The notes under the pieces are model-generated. The model was not told where the DNA came from. It searched no databases and was given only the letters and a program-made list of their open reading frames with translations. The position numbers were made by a program, and so were the translations under genes. DNA of 64,000 nucleotides from a bacterium (lineage in GTDB: Bacteria > UBA8248), in contig CBDBBI010000010.1 in NCBI GenBank assembly GCA_965202625.1, positions 2,464,001 through 2,528,000 on the forward strand, given 5' to 3'. Positions 9,903 to 16,893 of the stretch are shown here, piece after piece. The first letter of the stretch is position 1; every line of letters starts with the position of its first letter.

Positions 9903-11141
9903 ATGCTCTTTCATCGGGAACGCGCCCTTGGGTTCATGGAGAGGTTCGACCTCGACGCGCTGATAGCGACGACGCGGCACAACGTCCTCTATCTCTCCGG
10001 CTTTCAAGGGTGGGCACAGGAGACCTACGGAGACGCTGTGACGGAGACCTTCGCCCTGTTCTTTCGGAATCCGTCCTCTCCGCCCGCCCTCATACTCTCC
10101 CGGCAGGACGAGACCTACTACGCGGCCATGGGTTCATGGATAGAGGACGTGCGGGGGTATGGCCCCCGCTCGGCACTCGACGTGCCGCCCGGCGAGAGAG
10201 GCACCAACGAGGAGGAGAGGAATTACGTATCCCTCATCGCCGAGGACGCCCCGCGCGAGGGGAGTGCGACGGACGCCCTTCTCAGAGTTTTGCGGGAGCG
10301 GGGCCTATCGAGCGGCAGGGTGGCACTCGACGGCGAGGGGGTGCGCCCCAGCACGCGCGCGCGCGCCGAGGCGGCTGTGCCGGGCGCGTCTTTTCTGGAC
10401 GCCTCTCAGTTGTTTCGGCTCATTCGCCTGCAAAAGACGCCGGAGGAGGTCGAGCGGATGCGGGCCGCCGCGCTTTTGAACGAGCGGGCGGTCGCCGCCT
10501 TCCATGCGGAGATGGCCCCGGGGCGCACCGAGCGCGAGGCGGCGCGCCGTTATTATCGGACCGTCGCCGAGGGCGGCGGGAAGTGGAGCTGGTTTCACCT
10601 GGGCGGCGGCAGGCGCTCGGCCTCCATTTTTCCGCCCTCTGACAGGAGGTTCGCAGCAGGCGACGGCTTTTTCTTTGACGCCGGAATGCGGCTGAACCAC
10701 TACTGCGCGGACGTGGGCTGCTGCGGTTCGTTCGGCGAGCCGGACGCGGAGCGCAAGGCGCAGTGGCGCGCGATTCAGGCGGGGCTCGAGGCCGCCCTGG
10801 GCGCGATCAGGGCGGGAGTGCGGCCCTCCGCTATTTTTCGCGCGGCGGTCACAGCGGCGAGAAAATCCGGGCTGCCCCGCTACAACGGCTCCTTCTGCGG
10901 ACACACCATCGGAATCGAGGCGCGCGAGCTGCCCTGGACGCTGAGCGAGCCTGTCAAGCTCGACGACCCGTTTCTGCCTCCCGATTCGGACATTCCGCTG
11001 CCCGCCGGCGCCGTGCTCTCGGTGGAGTTGCCTTCCGGCAGGTTCGGCGAGGGCGGCGTCCACGCGGAATACACCGTCCTCGTCACCGAGACGGGCATGA
11101 CGCACCTGGGCGAACCCGCGCGCGAACACGTCGTGGTGTAG
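9903..11141 (+). CDS. M24-family (Xaa-Pro peptidase/creatinase-like) protein
   Basis: Start MLFHRERALG; LDALIAT..NVLYLSGF, RLQKTPEEVERMRAAA, YCADVG, GHTIG and VHAEYTVLVTE motifs. Confidence 0.85.
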   Translation: MLFHRERALGFMERFDLDALIATTRHNVLYLSGFQGWAQETYGDAVTETFALFFRNPSSPPALILSRQDETYYAAMGSWIEDVRGYGPRSALDVPPGERGTNEEERNYVSLIAEDAPREGSATDALLRVLRERGLSSGRVALDGEGVRPSTRARAEAAVPGASFLDASQLFRLIRLQKTPEEVERMRAAALLNERAVAAFHAEMAPGRTEREAARRYYRTVAEGGGKWSWFHLGGGRRSASIFPPSDRRFAAGDGFFFDAGMRLNHYCADVGCCGSFGEPDAERKAQWRAIQAGLEAALGAIRAGVRPSAIFRAAVTAARKSGLPRYNGSFCGHTIGIEARELPWTLSEPVKLDDPFLPPDSDIPLPAGAVLSVELPSGRFGEGGVHAEYTVLVTETGMTHLGEPAREHVVV

Positions 11142-11159
11142 AGGTGCACAGGACGCCCG

Positions 11160-11292
11160 ACGCCCTGCCTTGAACGGGTTTTGCAACGCCCTTTCACGGC
11201 CGTTTCACAAGCCGTTCACGCCCCGAAAAACGGCTTTTCCAGGCCATGCAATGTTTTTGTCCGGCTACGCTGCGCCCTTTATCTGAACCGCG
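11160..11292 (+). repeat. Direct repeat, copy 1 (array exit sequence)
   Basis: GACGCCCTGC..TTTTGCAACGCCCTTTCA..CCCCGAAAAACGGCTTTTCCAGGCCATGCAATG..TGAACCGCGC; near-identical to 13592-13725. Confidence 0.9.
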
Positions 11293-11992
11293 CGTTCACG
11301 TCCATTCCGGCCTTGATGAGCACGTCCGCGACACCGGGCGTATTGAACACCGCCGCGTCCAGCAGGGGCGTCATTCCGCCCTTGTCCCGCGCGTTCACGT
11401 CCGCTCCGGCCTTGATGAGCGCGGCCGCGAATTCGGGCGTATTGAACACCGCCGCCAGGTGCAGGGGCGTCATTCCGCCCTCGTCCTCCCGCGCGTTCAC
11501 GTCCGCTCCGGCCTTGATGAGCACCGCTACGACTTCGGGCGTCTTGCTGTATTTTGCCGCCTGGTGCAGGGGCGTCCATCCGGCTTGCCATCCTGTCTTG
11601 ATCCGCGCGTTCACGTCCGCTTCGGCCTTGATGAGGGCGGCCACGACTTCGGGCGTATTGAACCCCGCCGCCCGGTGCAGGGGCGTCCCTCCGAACTTGT
11701 CCCGCGCGTTCAGGTCCGCTCCGCGCTTCAGCAAAGCCTTCACGACACCGGGCGTCTCGCTGTATCTTGCCGCCCGGTGCAGGGGCGTCGCTCCGATCTT
11801 GTCCCGCGCGTTCACGTCCTTGCCGTACGCAATACAACGAGAAACGTCCGCCGCCGAAGCGCGCTTGAAGAACGCCTTGGTGGGCCATCCTTCAGTGTAC
11901 AATCCTTCGCACGAGACCTGCGCCGCCAGAGCGGGCGCACCGGGCGTCAGGGCCAACAAAAGAAAAAACGTCGCTGGAAAAAACCTCCTTAT
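11279..11992 (-). CDS. Ankyrin-repeat protein ank1 (5 repeats, C-cap deleted, paralogous start codon reads ATA; possible pseudogene)
   Basis: TPLH..AA..GADVNAR repeats; AGGAGCAAAAAG is followed by ATA where paralogs have ATG; ends VNARFR*. Confidence 0.8.
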   Translation of the reverse strand: MRRFFPATFFLLLALTPGAPALAAQVSCEGLYTEGWPTKAFFKRASAADVSRCIAYGKDVNARDKIGATPLHRAARYSETPGVVKALLKRGADLNARDKFGGTPLHRAAGFNTPEVVAALIKAEADVNARIKTGWQAGWTPLHQAAKYSKTPEVVAVLIKAGADVNAREDEGGMTPLHLAAVFNTPEFAAALIKAGADVNARDKGGMTPLLDAAVFNTPGVADVLIKAGMDVNARFR

Positions 11993-12075
11993 CTTTTTGC
12001 TCCTTTTTCCTGCTCGCAACCGCAAAACGCCGCTCTCCGACCGGAGAGGCGCACCTTATCTGAACCGCACCTCGT

Positions 12076-13443
12076 TCACGGTATCACGCATCCTTCTCGT
12101 TTGAAGACGCATTCGTTGATCCGCTCTCTCCCATACCTGTATTCGTTGAGCCACTCTCTCCCATACCTGTATTTTTTCTTTCTCTCTGCGATTGATAATT
12201 CCTTCATTCTTTCTCTCATTCTTTCTCTCTCTCCTTTTGCGATTTTTATTTGCCACGGCGTTTTGCCGTCTTTGTTTTTTGCCGCCCGGTCTGCTCCGGC
12301 CTTGATGAGCGCGGCCACGACTTCGGGTGGATGGGTCCTTCTGCTCCACGACCGCCAATTCGCCTGCGCAGCCGCGTGCAGGGGCGTCCATCCGTCCTTG
12401 TCTCGCGCGTTCACGTCCGCTCCGGCCTTTACGAGCGCTGCCACGATTTCGAGCGTCTCGCTGTCTCTCGCCGCCCAGTACAGGGGCGTCTCTCCGTCCT
12501 CGGTCCGCGCGTTCACGTCCGCTCCGGCCTTGATGAGCGCGGCCGCGACTTCGAGCGTCCCTCTCTTCGCTGCCCAGTACAGGGGCGTCTCTCCGTCCTC
12601 GGTCCGCGCGTTCACGTCCGCTCCGGCCTTGATGAGCGCGGCCGCGACTTCGAGCGTCCCTCTCTTCGCTGCCCAGTGCAGGGGCGTCTCTCCGTCCTCG
12701 GTCCGCGCGTTCACGTCCGCTCCGGCCTTGATGAGCGCGGCCGCGACACCGGGCTTCTTGCTGTATCTTGCCGCCAGGTGCAGGGGCGTCCTTCCGAACT
12801 TGTCCCGCGCGTTCACGTTCGCTTCGGCCTTCAGGGGCGTCTCCACGACACCGAGCATCTTGCTGTCTATCGCCGGCATCGGTATGCCCAGGGGCGTCCA
12901 TCTGCGCTTGTCCCGCGCGTTCACGTCCGCTCCGCGCTTCAGCAAGGCCTCCACGACACCGGGCGTTTGGCTGAACTCCGCCGCCCAGAGCAGAGGCGTC
13001 TCTCCGTGCTTTTCCCGCGCGTTTGGGTCCGCTCCGGCTTTCAGGAGCGCTGCCACGACACCGGGCGTCTCGCTGAGTGCCGCCGTGTGCAGGGGCGTCT
13101 CTCCGTATTTAGTATCCCGCGCGTTCAGGTCCGCTCCGGCCTTTACAAGTGCCGCTACGACACCGGGCGTCTGGTTGAACCTCGCCGCCCGGTGCAGGGG
13201 TGTCCATCCATTCTTGTCCCGTGCGTTCACGTTCGCTCCGGCTTTCAGGAGCGCGGCTACGACCTCGGGCGTCTCGCTTTGCTCCGCCGCCCAGTGCAGA
13301 GGCGTCCATCCGGCCTTGCCCCGTGCGTTCACGTCCGCTCCGGCAGCAAGGCAGCGGGCAACGTCGGCCGCCGAAGCGTGCTTGAAGAATGCTTCTGTGT
13401 TCCATTCTTCGCATGAGACCTGCTCCCCCATGCGTTTCTTCAT
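12076..13443 (-). CDS. Ankyrin-repeat protein ank2 (10 repeats, signal peptide deleted, divergent C-terminal tail)
   Basis: MKKRMG joined directly to EQVSCEEWNT; ankyrin repeats; purine-rich tail after DGKTPW. Confidence 0.88.
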   Translation of the reverse strand: MKKRMGEQVSCEEWNTEAFFKHASAADVARCLAAGADVNARGKAGWTPLHWAAEQSETPEVVAALLKAGANVNARDKNGWTPLHRAARFNQTPGVVAALVKAGADLNARDTKYGETPLHTAALSETPGVVAALLKAGADPNAREKHGETPLLWAAEFSQTPGVVEALLKRGADVNARDKRRWTPLGIPMPAIDSKMLGVVETPLKAEANVNARDKFGRTPLHLAARYSKKPGVAAALIKAGADVNARTEDGETPLHWAAKRGTLEVAAALIKAGADVNARTEDGETPLYWAAKRGTLEVAAALIKAGADVNARTEDGETPLYWAARDSETLEIVAALVKAGADVNARDKDGWTPLHAAAQANWRSWSRRTHPPEVVAALIKAGADRAAKNKDGKTPWQIKIAKGERERMRERMKELSIAERKKKYRYGREWLNEYRYGRERINECVFKREGCVIP

Positions 13444-13591
13444 CTTTTTGCTCCTCTTTTGTTGCTTGCTCTTCACGTCATCGCCTCGCCTCCGGCGGGC
13501 GATGCGCCGGCGCTATCCAAACACCCCGCCGAACGGGAGAGAGGATGCGAAATATCGCATTCGCAAAGGCGTCTGCGGTTCCATCACGCGT

Positions 13592-13725
13592 GACGCCCTG
13601 CTTTGAACGGCTTTTGCAACGCCCTTTCAAGGCCGTTTCACAAGCCGTTCACGCCCCGAAAAACGGCTTTTCCAGGCCATGCAATGTTTTTGTCCGGCTA
13701 CACTGCGCCCTTTATTTGAACCGCG
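13592..13725 (+). repeat. Direct repeat, copy 2 (array exit sequence)
   Basis: Near-identical to 11160-11292. Confidence 0.9.
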
Positions 13726-14839
13726 CATCATTCAGCCGCCGATAGACTTTCGTTTCCTTGAGCGCGGCGTTTTCTTTCGCGTAATCCCACGGCGTTTTGC
13801 CTGCTTGGGTTTTTGCCGTCGGGTTCGCTCCGGCATCCAGCAAAGCCGCTATGATTTCGGGCGTCTTGCTGTTCGCCGCCGCCAGGTGCAGGGGCGTCAT
13901 TCCGTATTTAGTTCCCCGCGCGTTCACGTCTGCTCCAGCCTTCACGAGTGCTGCCACGACACCGGGCGTCTTGCTGTTCGCCGCCGCCGCCGCGTGCAGG
14001 GGCGTGAATCCATTCTCGTTTCGCGCGTTCACGTCCGCTCCGGCTCTCGCGAGAACCGCTACGACACCCGGCGTCTTGCTTTTCAACGCCGCCGCATGCA
14101 AGGGCGTCCATCCATCCTCGTTTCGCGCGTTCACGTTTGCTCCGGCGTTCACGAGCATTGCCACGACTTCAGGCGTCTTGCTGAACCCCGCCGCCAGGTG
14201 CAGGGGCGTCATTCTGCCCTTGGCCCGCGCGTTCACGTCCACTCCGGCGTCCAGCAAAGCCTCCACGACTTCGGGCGTCTGGCTGACTATCACCGCCGTG
14301 TACAGGGGCGTCATTCCCTTCTCGTCCCGCGCGTTCGTGTCCGCTCCGGCCTTCACGAGTGCTGCCACGACACCGGGCGTCTTGCTTTTCGCCGCTGCCG
14401 CGTGCAGGGGCGTCCATCCATCCTCGCTGCGCGCGTTCACGTCCGCTCCGGCGTTCACGAGCACTGCCACGACTTCGGGCGTCCTGCTGAACACCGCTGC
14501 CGCGTGCAGGGGTGTCAATCCCCTCTTGGCCCGCGCGTTCACATCGGCTCCGGCGTTCACGAGCGCGGCTACGACTTCGGGCGTCCTGCTGAACACCGCT
14601 GCCGTGTGCAGGGGCGTCAATTCGTTCTCGTCCCGCGCGTTCACGTTCGCTCCGGTCTCCAGGCAGCGGGAAACGTCCGCCGCCGAAGCGCGCTCGAAGA
14701 ACGCCTTGGTGTTCCATCCTTCGCACCAGACCTGTGCCGCCAGAGGGAGCTGCGTCGCCCGAGGGGGTGCAGCACAGCCGACCATTAGGGCGAGCAAAAG
14801 AAAAAGCACTGCTGAAAACGTCCCCGTGCGTTTCTTCAT
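13712..14839 (-). CDS. Ankyrin-repeat lipoprotein ank3 (8 repeats plus caps)
   Basis: MKKRTGTFSAVLFLLLALMVGC lipobox-like signal; N-cap QVWCEGWNT; C-cap GKTPWDYAKENAALK..RLNDARFK. The ORF-track extension to 15496 is an off-frame overlap with ank4. Confidence 0.9.
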   Translation of the reverse strand: MKKRTGTFSAVLFLLLALMVGCAAPPRATQLPLAAQVWCEGWNTKAFFERASAADVSRCLETGANVNARDENELTPLHTAAVFSRTPEVVAALVNAGADVNARAKRGLTPLHAAAVFSRTPEVVAVLVNAGADVNARSEDGWTPLHAAAAKSKTPGVVAALVKAGADTNARDEKGMTPLYTAVIVSQTPEVVEALLDAGVDVNARAKGRMTPLHLAAGFSKTPEVVAMLVNAGANVNARNEDGWTPLHAAALKSKTPGVVAVLARAGADVNARNENGFTPLHAAAAANSKTPGVVAALVKAGADVNARGTKYGMTPLHLAAANSKTPEIIAALLDAGANPTAKTQAGKTPWDYAKENAALKETKVYRRLNDARFK

Positions 14840-14898
14840 TTTTTTGCTCCTCCTTGGTTGTTTGTTCTTAACGTCATCGCATCGCCTCAAGGAGCGCT

Positions 14899-15792
14899 TT
14901 ATTTGAACCGCGCATCGTTCAGCCGCCAATAGGCGTCCCCTCCCTTGAGGGCGGCGTTTTCTTTCGCGTAATTCCACGGCGTTTTGCCTGTTTTGTCTTT
15001 TGCCGCCGGGTCCCCTCCGGCGTCCAGCAAAGCCGCTACGACACCGGGTGTTTGGCTGAACTCCGCCGCCGTGTGCAGGGGCGTCCATCCCTTCTCGTTC
15101 CGCGCGTTCACGTCTGCTCCGGCTTTCAGGAGAGCCGCTATAACTCCGTGCGTCTTGCTGTGCGCCGCCGCGTAGTGCAGGGGCGTCTCTCCCCATTCGT
15201 CCCGCGCGTTCAGGTCCGCTCCGGCGTTGACGAGCACTGCCGCGACACCGGGCGTCTCGCTGAACCCTGCCGCCGCGTGCAGGGGCGTCCATCCGATCTC
15301 GTTCCGCGCGTTCACGTTCGCCCCGCCCTTCACGAGCACCGCCACGACTTCGGGGGTCTTGCTCCACTGTGCCGCCGCGTGCAAGGGTGTCCATCTGAAC
15401 TCGTTCCGCGCGTTCACGTCCGCTCCGTCTTTTACGAGCGTCGTCACGACTTCGGGGGTCTTGCTCCACTTTGCCGCCGTGTGCAGGGGTGTCCATCCGA
15501 ACTCGTTCCGCGCGTTCACGTTCGCGCCGGCCTTCAGGAGCGTCGTCACGACTTCGGGCGTTTTGCTTTTCGCCGCCGCCAGGTGCAGGGGCGTCTCTCT
15601 AATCTGGCCCCGCGCGTTCACGTTCGCTCCGGCCGCAAGACAGCGGGAAACGTCCGCCGCGCCGGCGCGCTCGAAGAACGCCTCAGTGTTCCATACTCCG
15701 CACGAGATCTGCGCTGCCAGAGCGGGCGCGGATGGCCCAAGGGCGAGCAACAGAAAAAGCGCCGCCGAAAACGTCCCCATGCGTTTCCTCAT
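14899..15792 (-). CDS. Secreted ankyrin-repeat protein ank4 (6 repeats plus caps)
   Basis: MRKRMGTFSAALFLLLALGPSAPALAA SPI-type signal; N- and C-caps. Confidence 0.9.
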   Translation of the reverse strand: MRKRMGTFSAALFLLLALGPSAPALAAQISCGVWNTEAFFERAGAADVSRCLAAGANVNARGQIRETPLHLAAAKSKTPEVVTTLLKAGANVNARNEFGWTPLHTAAKWSKTPEVVTTLVKDGADVNARNEFRWTPLHAAAQWSKTPEVVAVLVKGGANVNARNEIGWTPLHAAAGFSETPGVAAVLVNAGADLNARDEWGETPLHYAAAHSKTHGVIAALLKAGADVNARNEKGWTPLHTAAEFSQTPGVVAALLDAGGDPAAKDKTGKTPWNYAKENAALKGGDAYWRLNDARFK

Positions 15793-15943
15793 CTTTTTGC
15801 TCCTTTTTGTTTGTTTGCTTCTCAAGGTCATCGCCTCATTCCCGGCGATGCGCCGGCCCCTTCAAAACCCCCGACGAATGGGAGAGAATGCGAAATATCG
15901 GATTTGCAAAGACGTCTGCGGTGCCCTCCTTGCGAGGCGTGCT
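15793..15943. repeat. Conserved structured inter-ankyrin spacer
   Basis: Homologous to 16745-16893 and 13444-13580; contains CCGGCG-ATG-CGCCGG hairpin and GGGAGAGAATGCGAAATATCG. Confidence 0.85.
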
Positions 15944-16744
15944 TTATTTGAACCTCCCCTCGTTCAGCCGCCAATAGACTTTCGTTCCCTTGAGTGCGGC
16001 GTTTCCTTTCGCGTAATCCCATGGCGTGTTGCCTGCATTGTCTTCTGCCGCCGGGTTCGCTCCGGCGTCCAGCAAAGCCGCCACGACACCGGGCGTCTTG
16101 CTTTGCGCCGCCGAGTGCAGGGGCGTCCATCCGTATTTAGTATCCCCCGCGTTCACGTCCGCTCCGGCCTTTACGAGCGCGGCCACGACACCGGGCGTCT
16201 TGCTGGACCCCACCGCCGCGTACAGGGGCGTCAATCCCTTCGCGTTCCGCGCGTTCACGTCCGCTCCGGCCTTCAGAAGTGCCTCCACGACACCGAGCGT
16301 CTCGCTGAACTCCGCCGCCAGGTGCAGGGGCGTCTCTCCGTATAGACTATTACTCCGCGCGTTCAGGTCCGCTCCGGCCTTTACGAGCGTGGTCACGACA
16401 ACGGGCGTCTTGCTGAACCGCGCCGCGTAGTGCAGGGGCGTCATTTCGTCAAAGTCCCGCGCGTTCACGTCCGCTCCGGCCTTTACGAGCGCGGTCACGA
16501 CAACGGGCGTCTTGCTGTGCATCGCCGCCAGGTGCAGGGGCGTCCATCCGTACATAGTATCCCGCGCGTTCAGGTCCGCTCCGGCCTTCAGACAGCGGGA
16601 AACGTCCTCCTCCGAGGCGCGCTTGAAGAACGCCTCCGTGTTCCATTCTTCGCACGAGACCTGTGCCGCCAGAGCGGGCGCGGATGGTGCAAGGGCGAGC
16701 AACAGAAAAAGCGCCGCTGAAAATGTCCCCATACGTTTCTTCAT
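15944..16744 (-). CDS. Secreted ankyrin-repeat protein ank5 (5 repeats plus caps)
   Basis: MKKRMGTFSAALFLLLALAPSAPALAA signal; N-cap QVSCEEWNT; C-cap ending RLNEGRFK. Confidence 0.9.
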   Translation of the reverse strand: MKKRMGTFSAALFLLLALAPSAPALAAQVSCEEWNTEAFFKRASEEDVSRCLKAGADLNARDTMYGWTPLHLAAMHSKTPVVVTALVKAGADVNARDFDEMTPLHYAARFSKTPVVVTTLVKAGADLNARSNSLYGETPLHLAAEFSETLGVVEALLKAGADVNARNAKGLTPLYAAVGSSKTPGVVAALVKAGADVNAGDTKYGWTPLHSAAQSKTPGVVAALLDAGANPAAEDNAGNTPWDYAKGNAALKGTKVYWRLNEGRFK

Positions 16745-16893
16745 CTTTTTCGTTCCTCCTTGGTTGTTTGCTCTTAACGTCATCGTCTCATTCCCGGCGA
16801 TGCGCCGGCCCAGCCAAACCCCGACGAATGGGAGAGAATGCGAAATATCGCATTCGCAAAGGCGTCTGCGGCGTCCTCTTTGCGAGGCGCGCT
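16745..16893. repeat. Conserved structured inter-ankyrin spacer
   Basis: Hairpins CCGGCG/CGCCGG, GAATGCGA-AATA-TCGCATTC and TCGCAAAG..CTTTGCGA; ends in the shared RBS. Confidence 0.85.

Noticed and set aside
13444-16893. Spacers as integron attC sites or a CRISPR array
   Set aside because: No paired RYYYAAC/GTTRRRY boxes, no integrase or cas genes; the periodic repeats are coding.
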